From positions 936,623 to 1,000,622 of the forward strand of contig MU006092.1 of NCBI GenBank assembly GCA_010093705.1: a DNA stretch of 64,000 nt, in the 5' to 3' direction. The stretch comes from Patellaria atrata CBS 101060 (lineage: Eukaryota). Numbering within the stretch: position 1 is the first letter of the stretch; the number at the start of each line of letters is the position of its first letter. A program made the position numbers and the translations under genes. A model generated the notes under the pieces. The model saw only the letters and a program-made list of their open reading frames with translations, was not told where the DNA came from and searched no databases. This document shows, piece by piece, positions 51,952-64,000 of the stretch.

Positions 51952-53891
51952 ATGGTAACTATGGCTCGGAGGTTGGGAGCATTGTTCGTATCGTTGTTGT
52001 TGTTGTTACAGCCGATATCAGCCCTTGGTCCTCCACAGCTTGCCCAAAAACGATGGTTTCATGTAAAAGCTGCTCTATACCATTCTAGTAGAGCAATCGC
52101 TAATACTCTAATCAGACACAAAATCAGGAAGCGCATCGGTTACGTCGGCGAGAAGATGTAGACCCAGCACTGCTTTATCCAGCTTACAATCTCTCTGTCC
52201 CAATTGATCATTTCCATAATGATACTTTGTATGAACCGCATAGTAACGGCACTTTCAATCTACGCTATTGGTTTGATGCAATCAACTATAAACCAGGTGG
52301 GCCTGTCGTCGTATTAGCATCTGGAGAGACATCGGGTGTAGGCCGATTACCGTGAGCTCATCCTTTCTCTTGTTTACTATTTCTACATCAGCACCCTTGA
52401 AAGTCATTTGTGCTAACATACGTCGTAGCTTTCTGCAGAAAGGCATAGTCTCCCAGCTGACTCAGGCAACTAACGGTTTGGGAGTTATTCTGGAGCACCG
52501 ATATTACGGAACAAGCATACCGAATGAAGATCTTGAAGACCCGTACTCTACAGAAAATCTCCGCTTTTTAACGACAGATCAGGCTCTAGCTGATACAGCA
52601 TACTGGATGAAAAATGTCAAGTTCGAAGGCATAGACGCAGACTTGACAGCTCCAGGTACGCCTTACATCCTTTACGGGGGTTCTTATGCGGGTGGTTTCG
52701 TAGCCTTCATGCGGAAACTGTACCCTGATATCACTTGGGGTGCTATTTCTTCTTCCGGAGTAACAGAAGCTATCTGGGATTATTGGGAGTACTATTCCCC
52801 TCATGCAGAGTATGGACCTCCTGCATGTATCAGCAACACCCAAGATTTCACCGCCATTGTGGACAATATCTTGATCGACGAGAGCAACAGTGCTTACGTT
52901 CAGCCTCTCAAAGAAGCTTTCGGTATTGGAAATCTAACCCACAATGATGATTTTGCCTATGTCATTAGCTGGGGCATTGGAGGCTGGCAGGGCAGAAATT
53001 GGGATCCAGAAATCAACGACCCCAGCTTCGATTACTACTGTAACAACATTACCTCCTCGGAACTCCTCTACCCAGAACTCAAAAGTTCCGCGTCCAACGT
53101 CTCTACTCTCATTTCTGCCGGTGGAGGCGACACAGCTCTCACAACCCAGTTCCTAAACTACATCGGCTACGTGAACGCCACCGTAACCGGCGGCTGCGAA
53201 TACACAGACGACCAATGCTTCTCCTTCTACAATGCTTCTCTTCACACCGACAGCGGCCAAGCTCGCAGCTGGCCATACCAATACTGCACCCAGTAACCCC
53301 CCCTCCCCCCCCAAAAAAAAAAAAAAAATTCCCCAACCCACACTAACACCCACAGATGGGGTTACCTCCAAACCGGCAGCGGCGTCCCCGCCGGCCAAAA
53401 ACCCCTCATATCCCGCCTCATCGACCTCCCTTACACCTCTCTCCCCTGCAGTTTGGGTTTCAACATCACTACGCCCCCTAACATCACCGCCATCAACAAG
53501 TACGGCGGCCTCGAGATCCGATACCCGCGGCTCGCGTTCGTAGACGGCGAAGTCGATCCTTGGCGCCCTGTTGGCCCGCACGGGAAGAACGCAACGGATC
53601 GGATCAGCACGGCGAGTGAGCCGTTCGTGCTGATTGAGGACGCGGTGCATCACTGGGACGAGAATGGGGTTTTTGCGAATGAGACGACGGCGGAGAGGCC
53701 GCCGCTCGCGGTGAGGGATGCACAGGCCTTGGAGAGGATGTTTGTGGAGGCTTGGTTGTTGGGTATGTGATTTTTTCGTTTTCTTTTTACCCTCCCTCCC
53801 GTCGGATCTGTGAGCGGAGTTTGCTGACGAAGATGTAGAGTGGGATTTGCATTGTCTCGTTGCGCCGGAGGAGTGTACGATTGCATCGTAG
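51952..53891 (+). CDS. Secreted serine peptidase family S28, multi-exon
   Basis: Signal peptide; PIDHF, LEHRYYG, LRFLTTDQALAD, GGSYAG (nucleophile), SWPYQYCT, DGEVDPW and HHWDEN motifs; last intron ~53762-53838. Confidence 0.92.
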
Positions 53892-54821
53892 TTTCGTAAA
53901 GGTGGAAGAGAAGTTGGTGTGGTATATATGTGCGGTGCAATCAGTTGGATGAAATGGAATGGAAATGAAATAAGATGCTTCATAATGATCCTTCTTCGCT
54001 TCTTGGTCGAATCCCAAACATATCTTTTCATCCCGCTTTGCAAATGCCTTGGTTGAATATAGTCTCCCCCCTCCGCTCGAGAGTCACCTCTGATACCGGA
54101 TACCGAATATGCAGGAAACAACCAAGGTATCAATCTCACCTACTAGTTTTACCCTCAAACATATCGCAGCGGAAGTAGCTCAGAGCGTTAAATCTGTCGT
54201 GACCTTGCCCCCTTTCCTTTTTTTTTTTTTAAAAAAATATATATATATATAGGTCTCCATATTAAGTTTGGCGTACCCACGCTTCTAACCGCAACAGATC
54301 CAAACAGTATTGACCCCTTTACTTTGCATTCAGGGGAGGGATGGAACGGTATCGCTTAGTTGCGATGAGAGTCACGGGACCAAAACGGGGAAAGGGGATA
54401 TTGAAAGGGGGAAATGTAGTGCAGATAGCTGCTGCTGCTAGGTAGATGGTGATGGGTAGGTACTTGTGTTTCGTACCTACACCTGGGAGTGAGGATATGT
54501 GAGGTCCCATAGGATGTGAAATTGGTAGGGTGTTCGGTGCTGCTTGCTGGGTTCAAAATTAAACTGGATGAACAAGGTGGCGCGATGGGACTGAGAGTGG
54601 AAAGGTACCTGATTGTTAGGTTTCATGCTTTTGGTATGAATATCGTATTGGGGTATCTTATCTATTCATCTATTTGCTCTCCTCCACTTCTTTCAGTAGT
54701 CCCGTCTTCGAAACGGGGGTTATCCACAACCCTTGCGCAACGAATCCTCTTAAACCTCTTATTCACGATCCGCAACTTTTCCCCCCTCATAGCCCTCATC
54801 GCAGTATCTATTCCCATACCC

Positions 54822-55841
54822 CTAAAACCAGGCCAGCGTCCACAAAGCCGGCAAAGCCGGCCACCTCTCCTGCCACTCCCCCAAAATTTCCGGCACACGC
54901 TCATCAAACCCCACCCTCGCCTCCACCCTCCCCTCATCAAACCCCCTCTCCCCACTCTTCTCCCTCTCCAGCGCCGCCGCCTCATTAAGCCTCGCCGCGA
55001 GGTCCAAGATCGCCTTCCCGCCCACAAGCGCCTCCTCATGATTATCCTTTATATCGACATTAAAAACATGCACGGGCCGATTCAGCGGCGCACCGCGATG
55101 ATGCAGATCCTCGACCACGGCGTCCCAGCAGCGTTCCTCGCACGTAATCACGACATCGACGACGCCGGCTTCGGTCCCCTTGGCGCCTTTGTCGTCTTTG
55201 AAGCGCTCGCCGCCGCCCGAGGCGGCTTTGCTGATGCGGGGGACGCCGATGCGCCAGTCTTGCCACCGCTCGGGGCCCCATTTGATGTTGCGGTTGCGGT
55301 CGAGCATGTTGAGGAGACCGTTGGCGCGGTAGAGTTTCGGGTCTTTAGAGAAGAGCTCTTCATACATGGAGTTATAGGAGACGCTGTTGAAGGGGTACAC
55401 GTTCGGTTGGGATATCGAGGGCCCGGGGAGGCGGACGAGGGAGCCGGTGCCGAAGGAGAGGGTGGGGAAGAGGGAGGAGAGTTGGAGGTGCGCTTCCATT
55501 GAGCTGAGAGGGGGTTAGCGGGGATGTTGTGGGGGGCGAGAGAGTGGGGGATGGAGGAGATGGAGGAGATGGAGGGGATGGAGAGGATGGAGGGGATGGA
55601 GGGGATGGAGGGGATGGAGAGAGGTTTACCGGTTCTGATTGCTGGCGCATACGGTGCAGAATTTTAGCTTAAAGGAATCGGAGTCTTGGACTGGTCCGCC
55701 TTGAGCTCCGCCATCCTGTGCGCCGTCCATACCCGTTGCTGTGTTGTCGGGCATCGATTCTGTTGGCGGAGGTGGTGGAGGTGGTGGAGGGACTTGTGCT
55801 GAGGTAGCGCGCGAACGGGCGAGTCGGGGGTCTGTCGACAT
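54822..55841 (-). CDS. SSU72: RNA polymerase II CTD phosphatase Ssu72 (2 exons; intron 55504-55629)
   Basis: CX5R motif [32 protein letters not shown] and [11 protein letters not shown] motifs. Confidence 0.95.
55547..55620. repeat. 8 x 9-bp tandem repeat (GG[G/A]GATGGA) inside the SSU72 intron
   Basis: ATGGA recurs at a 9-bp period from 55551 to 55614. Confidence 0.9.
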
Positions 55842-58832
55842 TATAAAGAATGTGGAAGGAGCGTATTGGGACGAGAAGCAAGGGGGGATGGGATGTTGTC
55901 GGGGGCGGTCAAAGAATGGAGTATGAAATTATCGAGTGCGGATCGGTAGACCTGCTTAATGCCTATATAACCCATCTATCGTTAGAATACGTCTTTCACG
56001 AAGTTTATGCTAACTATATATATCTACGCAGAACAATGGGTAGTGGCCGGGGGGAAGCTCTTCAGATAATTTGCGTATTCGGTACAGTTTTATCCTCATT
56101 CCAAGTGGACATAGGACAGCTCCAATAATTGTTGATTCATCATAATATACCCAATGATACCGGCTTATTCAAATAGTGCTACAGGAGATTCACGTACCGA
56201 GAGGAGAGAGAGAGAAGGTGAGGGTACCTTAAGGTATAAATGGTCGTGATGAGGTTGTATGTGTCAAGTTGAGGAAGCTGCAATTGTGCTGCACGGACTT
56301 GAACGGGAGAGCTTCGGTTGTTGATCAGGTTTTAAACAGAACTCTATCATCACCACCAGCTCACAAGAACACCATCTCATTGTCCCGTCAAGCTTCAACG
56401 AGTTAGTAGCACAGTAAAATCTCACTCTCACGCATCATAACAGCATAGCCTCGAACTACAAGGCAAATGCATGACCTCTATGCTCCAAAATATAAGCTTC
56501 CCATTCGATTGGGGGTAATGTGGACAATATATAGAGTAGTCCTTTATTATCCCCTCTCCCAGCTACCCTTAAATCAGTGGATAGCATCAAGAGAGAGTCT
56601 ATACAGCTCTCTTGTCCCACGATGCTGCTTCCAGCGGCTCACGTAGATACATAAGCCGCAAGGCATTCATCTCGTCTTTGGGTTCAATAAGCCTTCGAAA
56701 CCCTTCCATTCAACTTGCTGTCATTGTGATGTGGACTTCCATCTGGATTCCTACAAACTTTGGTGGTGATGCTCGTGTGACTACTCATTAGTATGAAAAT
56801 AGGGTGGTGAGGGGTAGCTAAAGTTATTCTGTACATCATGTTTCAGAATCACCGCTATCCGAGATCTGAGACTCGCTGATGAGGTAATAATAGGTGGGTG
56901 TACTGGTAGTAAGTGGGTTACGCAGGCGTTCTGGAAGTCAACAGGGCGCACTCTCTCCTGAACTCTCGCAAGATATAGCAAGGGGTATCTCAACTCTGAC
57001 AAGTCACACCCTGGGATGAGCGCGATCGTACTTACGATGGCCTGAGAGAACGACTTCACACTTCAGAAATCGGTGATGATGCTGAAAGTAGTCATACCGG
57101 CCTGTGTCCATTATTCTAGTCCATCCTTCAAACTACTGTAGAACTAAGGAGCCATACGGTAGTCGGTAAAACTTGAAGGAAAGAATTTTCTAGTTGCACC
57201 AGCATATCCTATTTCGGATTTCGGCTGGTCAAGCTTTTCAGAAGCGGAATCTGCCAATTTGAGTCAGTGAAGCACCGTAGTGGACGTTTGCTCGCGTGTC
57301 TTGTGGGTTTGATAGATCCGACGGACGAGTTCTGGCTTTTTGATGTCTACAAAAAGCTGGGAATACGTAGTCGAGGGATTTCAACAAATGGAAACCTCGG
57401 TGATCTATTGGCTTCAGCTACGTTCACGTGGTAGAAGATTCAACGGACACCTGACCGAGATCCTGCTCCAGCAAAGGAACGCAGCTTCATCTTGCATCTT
57501 CTGATCTCGAAAGGTTCTTTTTTGGTGTGTCCTGTCAACCAGCAAGCGCCGAAATACGAAGGACTTGTAACCCCACACAAAGTTGCCTTCAATCCTTCAA
57601 CGCCAACCAATCAAGGCGAGATTCGAATGGGGAGCCGAGGAATGAATGACAAGGGCGGCGTCCCCGGACTGGGTCACGGAATGCACTCCATCAGAGCTCG
57701 TGGCGTTTGCGGCCATACTGATAACGGAAACAATCACCGCTTGACGTGCTATGCTTGTTCAAAGTAGCATCGTGAGTTTTATTCTTGACCGCAAAAGACG
57801 ATGTTTGGAATTTTCCATCAGAGCTTGTAAAGACGTGGTGAATGTGTCATTATCCTTCGGGACGCGACAAGACAGCTTCAACCTACGGCGACCAAAGACT
57901 GGGGATCCTGGATCTAACCCGAGTGTTCTCGAGCAACATAAGCGCAATTCAGCCGCTTCTCTGTACACCCGCCGACACCCTAGACATTAATGGTGTAATA
58001 TAGAGAATCCCAATTTCGGGGTTCAACTCGAACAGATGCATAAGGTCCCCGGCCGACGAGTTTCTAGATTTCCACGTATCTGTCCCAGGAAGTTCAACGA
58101 AACTCACCCAACACATGCCTTTTCCATCCCACAATTCCACAAAAACAGCTGAGTGAGACGGAAGTGAGGTCGGAGTAAGGTATCAAATAAACAGCGGGAT
58201 AGCGTTACATACGTACGTGGTGTTACGACAAGCTTTAGTTTGCTTTTCGCGCCTCAAGCCTTCTTCGGGTGCTTGCGTCTTTTAAGAACACCACCAGCAT
58301 CAACCAGTGCCAGCCACTCAACTTCTTTCTACTCTTGGCGATATAATGAGGAGGCGCTAATTCGAGTCCATCATGAATCTTGCATACTTTTTGCTGCCAA
58401 ATCGCGGAGAAGCAAACGGCAGAACTACATGTCTGACCAATCGTGACCTTTTTGCTGTTCGGTGGCGCCCCGCAAAGTGAGCAAGTCTGACCGTTGCGGT
58501 TACACTTTGAGGGCGCATCGTGGACAAGACGGAAAGAAAGGCAAGTACCGCACAGCAGAGCTGTAAGAGAGAGTGACTCGTAAAAGCTTGAAGAGGTGCT
58601 TCTATTGGCTTTTTTTTTTCACGCCACTTCGTTTTGGGACGGATATCAGCGGTCTGCCTTCCATCTTGACCTTCCACTATGGTCATCAGTTCATCATGCA
58701 CCACCAGTTTCTTCTGAGCGAAGAAACTCCGGCACGGCGTTGACGGGAGATGGATTTTAGTGTGCGGTACATTCATCGGTATATTCGGTAGAGCGTAGTG
58801 GTGAAGAAGTTTGATAAGTGGTACTGTTTGAA

Positions 58833-58897
58833 GATTCAGTAGGTAGATTCAGTAGGTAGATTCAGTAGGTAGATTCAGTAGGTAGATTCGGTAGGTA
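58833..58897. repeat. 5 x 13-bp tandem repeat GATTCAGTAGGTA
   Basis: Read directly; the last copy has one substitution. Confidence 0.9.
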
Positions 58898-59307
58898 GAG
58901 TCAGGTTAACAAGTTAACAATTAGCAGAGGAAAACCCGAATGGAAGGTAACAGCGGAGGCGATACTTGATCTGGTAGGCGGAGGACGGAGATGCATGTCG
59001 TAATTGGGTTTGGTCCAAGTGTTGGAGAAAGATGGAAGGCGTGAAGGATGCCGCACCGTCGCATGTCCATAAGAGTTTTACTGGGGTTCATCTTTCACAA
59101 CTTCAAGATGTATCTCTCCACTCCAGATTTGAATTGATTTCAGTGGCCAACCCATCCCGTACCGTACCCTTATGGGGTTTATGGTATGCTTTGCGTGTGC
59201 CAACCAACCCCCGTAAAAATCAACAGTGTGTTGAATGAGCTTTGACGTTCCTCTGGCATCTCTACGGGCTGGCTGGTTCTACTGGTTGATCAGTGCCCTA
59301 CACGCTG

Positions 59308-59363
59308 GCCCATCTCGCCCATCTATCTCGCCCATCTCGCCCATCTCGCCCATCTCGCCCATC
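59308..59363. repeat. Short tandem repeat of GCCCATCTC (~6 imperfect units)
   Basis: Read directly. Confidence 0.8.
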
Positions 59364-59972
59364 TTGGAGTTACAGTAGTTACTCTGGACTCGGAGCAATC
59401 ACATGGGGAGATGGAATTACTTCGCATTTCAAGTTAGTAAAAGGTAGATTACTGTACATTTCAGAGGCAATACTCCTAACCAACATGGTCTTACGGTCTT
59501 GGATTGACGAGCTAACCATAGTTCGAGTAACCGGGGCTTTGTTCTTCTGTACTTTCTTACCGTTGCAAGCGTCCAACCACCATGGCTCAAACAAAGAAGT
59601 TACAAGGGCATCATCTCTAAAATCGCCGCACTAGAACAATTCCATACCACACGATGGGTCAGGTCGTGATGCATCAGATGCAGGTCATGGGCCTCATGGG
59701 CACCTTCCTCTCCCCTCCCCCAGCTTGAACCCCCAGTATCACCCAGCCCATTGCTCCAGGTATAACTACCTCCCCTGACCCCCGCAAATCTCACAACCTT
59801 TCATTTATCTCTTTGTGTCCTTTCTTTTAAACTCTGCCAGTCTTCATATACAAGCAGAGGGTAGGGTAGCTTTCTCTCCTTTTACCTCTCCTCAATCCCC
59901 CCATTGTTTGGACGACAAACATCCCATCCCATCCCATCCTTCCATCTACTCAAAGAGCTCCAATCCGACAAC

Positions 59973-61646
59973 ATGCCTGGTGGACCAGTTCTGGTCGCCG
60001 CGACCGACGCGACTCGCGTTGAGGCGCCGGTCACCCTCAAAGCATACCTTATGTGTGCTTTCGCTGCCTTTGGCGGTATCTTCTTCGGTTATGACTCTGG
60101 ATACATCAATGGTGTCCTCGCGATGGAATATGTTGTCCACAAGTACACCGGTTTGGATCCTGAGACCACCGCCGATGATGATTTCGTTCTTCCCTCATGG
60201 CAAAAATCTCTCATCGTCTCTATCCTCTCTCTCGGTACCTTCTTCGGCGCCATCATTGCTGGTGATTGCGCAGACTTCATCGGTCGTCGTACCACCGTCA
60301 TCACCGGTTGCTTCATCTTTTGCATCGGTGTCGTCATGCAGACTGCTTCCACAGAGTACAAGCTTCTCGTTGCCGGTCGTGCTATTGCCGGTATTGGTGT
60401 CGGTTTCGTCTCCGCCATCATCATCCTCTACATGTCAGAAATCGCGCCAAAGAAGGTTCGTGGTGCCATCGTTTCTGGATATCAATTCTGCATCACCATC
60501 GGTCTACTCCTGGCTTCCTGCGTCGATTATGGCACCGAGGACTACGATACCACCGCATCTTACCGCATTCCTATTGCTCTCCAAATGCTCTGGGCCATCA
60601 TCCTTGCCGTTGGCTTGTTCTTCCTCCCTGAATCTCCCCGTTACTTCGTCAAGCGTGGAAATCTCGACAAGGCCGCCGAGGTTCTTGCGAGACTTCGAGG
60701 TCAATCACGTGACTCCGAGTATATTCAGATGGAATTGGCTGAAATCGTTGCCAACCATGAGTATGAGCTTCAAGTCATCCCTCAAGGCAGCTATATCAAC
60801 AGCTGGGCGCAATGTTTCAAGGGCAGTCTCTGGAAGCCCAACAGCAATCTTCGCCGTACCATTCTTGGAACTTCCCTTCAAATGATGCAGCAGTGGACTG
60901 GTGTAAACTTCGTCTTCTACTTTGGGACCAGTTTCTTCGATGATCTGGGAACCATCGACGACCCCTTCCTTATCTCCCTAATCACCACCCTCGTCAACGT
61001 GCTCTCTACCCCTATCTCCTTCTGGACCATTGAGAAGTTCGGTCGTCGCCCACTTCTTATCTGGGGTGCTCTCGGTATGGTTATCTGCCAGTTCATCGTC
61101 GCCATCGTTGGTGTTACCACCGATAATGACTCCTCCACAAAGGCTATGATCGCCTTCATCTGTATCTACATCTTCTTCTTCGCCTCCACCTGGGGTCCCG
61201 GTGCTTGGGTCGTCATCGGCGAGATTTTCCCTCTCCCCATCCGTTCCCGCGGTGTCGGTCTCTCCACCGCCTCCAACTGGCTCTGGAACTGCGTAAGTCC
61301 CAATCTCACATTTCCCAAATCGACTCTCAGCTAACAAACTCGCCAGATCATCGCTGTCATCACCCCCTACATGGTCGGTACCGACAAGGGTAACCTCGGA
61401 CCTCGCGTCTTCTTCATCTGGGGCTCTCTCTGCGCCGTCTGCTTCGTCTACGCGTACTTCCTCGTCTACGAGACTAAGGGTCTCACCCTCGAGCAAGTCG
61501 ATCGCCTCATGGAGGAGACCACCCCCCGCACTTCGAGCAAGTGGGTACCGCACAGCACCTACGCCTCCGAGATGGGTCTCACCGAGAAGGGAACCTTGCA
61601 ACCCGAAGTCATCGACGACGTCGTGCGCAGGGGTTCCGCGGTATAG
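59973..61646 (+). CDS. MFS sugar porter, high-affinity glucose transporter-like (2 exons; intron ~61293-61346)
   Basis: FGYDSG, DFIGRR, YMSEIAP..RG, PESPR, QQWTGVN, WGPGAW and YETKG motifs. Confidence 0.95.
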
Positions 61647-61892
61647 AGTCCCTCTGTCTCGGGTTCAGGATGTGAAGTAGTGCGAACGCGTTATATACCA
61701 TTGATTCTGGGGATTAGGATGTAGGGGTGTTTTTTGTGTCATTTATGAAGCCATATATTTTGCATAATATGAGAGATATAAAGTTTTTGCATCGTGGTCT
61801 TGATTATCGTTACTTTTGCGCTCTGTCTGGTTCCTCATCATTTGCATCGCGTGTATAACTCTTGTTGCTACCGTATGTTTTTTAAGGTTCAC

Positions 61893-62138
61893 AAACCTCC
61901 ATCCATACCTCCATCCACACCTCCATCCACACCTCCATCCACACNNNNNNNNNNNNNNNNNNNNNNNNNNNNNNNNNNNNNNNNNNNNNNNNNNNNNNNN
62001 NNNNNNNNNNNNNNNNNNNNNNNNNNNNNNNNNNNNNNNNNNNNTCCACACCTCCATCCACACCTCCATCCACACCTCCATCCACACCTCCATCCACACC
62101 TCCATCCACACCTCCATCCACACCTCCATCCACACCTC
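61893..62138. repeat. 12-bp minisatellite (ACACCTCCATCC)n spanning a 100-N assembly gap (61945-62044)
   Basis: Same unit on both sides of the gap; true length unknown. Confidence 0.9.
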
Positions 62139-64000
62139 CGTAACCCCATACTCAATCCCACACACCCACATACCCCTCACCGACAATCCGGCCCCCTCTC
62201 CCCTATCCCTCGCGCCCTTAGTAAATCGTAACGTTCCACACACTCCCTAGCACATGTTCCCGTCCCACCGTCCCCTCTAAATCCCAGTCCCACGTTACCT
62301 CTGTAGTCTGTCCGACGTCCCACCGCTTACAATAGTCAAGCTACACCAAAGTTTAGATTCCAGAGCTAGGAATCCCTGATTCAGCCTTACGGGTTAGGGG
62401 CGTCGGTGTGGGTTGTGACTTTGTGAGACGGGTTTTGGTTAGAATGGTTCAGTAGTGATGGAAAAGGGAGAGGGAGGTGTTTTCGGACTTCTAGTTGGAT
62501 TTTTCTTTTTTGGATTTTTTGGTTTTTTTAGCTTTTTGGCTTTTTGGCTTTTTGGCTGACATGTGAAAGGAGGAGTGCAGGGGGTTTCAATGGGAGCTGG
62601 AAAGGGAAGGTGGGCAGAAACTGGCACTGGGGGATGTGCTGGGGTATGGTGACTGCGTGTACCCTACCTTACCTTATGACCTTCAGCAAGATCTTCTTTG
62701 ATGGAATGTGAACGCGTACCATATACACATACCAGCAGTTCCGTGTAAAATTACATACATTGGAAAATCGAGTACGTGTTGGACTCTTTCTCGAGGGGGA
62801 CTAGGTAGGTTTGCTCTTCTGGAACTACGGTAGCTGTCGTTGTTATGATATGTGCGTAGATTCAATTCCATTAGTTGAGGTGGAGACTGATCTAATCTGT
62901 CCTTCAAGCAAAAGGTAAGTTAAGGTAGTTCCGTTCCCAGCTCTCTCCTCTATATCGGTCAGTCTACAGTATCACGGTATAACTATATGAGAAACTGCGC
63001 ATCAAAAAGAAGTTAGTTTTCGTCCCTACTACGTTCCACACCCCCTTATGTTTATATCTCAACTCCCATCAGTCATCTTGTAGAACCCACCGGCGGGGAA
63101 AAAAAAAAAAAGAGGAAAAAAAAAAGGAAAGAAAAGAAAAGGAAGCCGTACACCATCACCATCACCAGGCGGCTCTCAATCCCCTTTAGCGAGCCTTACA
63201 CATCTCGCACCCTCTAGCCGCCGGTCAAGACCCGCTGTTTCCAGCGCCACATCTCACCCCTCATCCAGAAGGCATACAACGATATACAATGAGAGGATTG
63301 TGAAACAAGGAAGCACACAAACTGCCCTCTCGAGTTCACAGTATCTATCGCTATCAGCGACCGCTTGGAAATGAGATCTCATCACCTTCCCCACCAGGCC
63401 CAAGAAGAGTGTATGATGGTATAGCATCCCACATACCAAGTATTTACCGCATTACAGTCCCAATTCACTCGAAAAGGACTTGGTACCGGTGCAAGGTAGG
63501 GAGAAGGGGGTTCCTGTAAAAGCGGGAAGTGACCGTATTGCCTCGAATGAGGGAAGGATGAGTGGGTCGGACCACATGAGGTTGAAGTTCATGGGGCAAA
63601 TGGTGCGAGGCTCGGATAGGGATTGTGTGGAATGGGTCATTTGACCGGTGTGGTGAAGAAGGATCAAGTAGGGAGGGAACTCGAGAGGAATATAACGGGG
63701 ATTAAAGAAGATGATATTTGAGAATTTAATAGTATTGTAGATAAATTTAATACGAGTTTATGAGAGTGGATATTTTCGCAACAGGGACAATGCTTTTGCT
63801 TCGGCTGAGGAACGCAGCTAGAAGTTTAGTTTGGAAAGGAAATAACCTACCCATAAGTTTTGGGGAATACCAAACCTGGTGAAGTGTAGTGTTAGTATAA
63901 ACGGTATTGAATTGACCGAGGTCATTGTGGGATAGGAGATAAATTAGAACCATGAAGTCCATTTTTCATTGTTCATATGCAATACACAGAATGTTTTCAC

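Noticed and set aside
53153..55502. 328-aa ORFs at 53153-54139 (-) and 54516-55502 (+)
   Set aside because: Antisense shadows of the GC-rich S28 and SSU72 coding regions
61743..62250. ORFs with MEVW, HPHL or DGGV repeats
   Set aside because: Translations of the 12-bp minisatellite across an N gap

Overview
Intron-rich eukaryotic DNA from a filamentous ascomycete (Pezizomycotina-type genes, short GT..AG introns with CTRAC-like branch points, RIP-type mutations). About 19 protein genes are supportable. The left arm has DUF3405, SUR7/PalI, a PLC-like phosphodiesterase and an amino-acid permease. The middle (~16-47 kb) looks accessory: two small secreted Cys-rich proteins, a GH6 lacking its catalytic motifs, a GT4 glycosyltransferase, hemerythrin, a Pth11-like protein, an O-methyltransferase, a GH11 xylanase, a RIP-hit pogo/Fot1 transposon, and a divergent bZIP-DUF3425/SDR pair in which both genes are broken (a nonsense codon and a solo-LTR insertion). 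The right arm is housekeeping: ERD2-like, RPL23, S28 peptidase, SSU72 and an MFS hexose transporter. Several minisatellites, a degenerate ~200-bp dispersed repeat and one 100-N gap are present. No tRNA, rRNA or CRISPR was seen. Family calls come from motif recognition by eye, not database searches.
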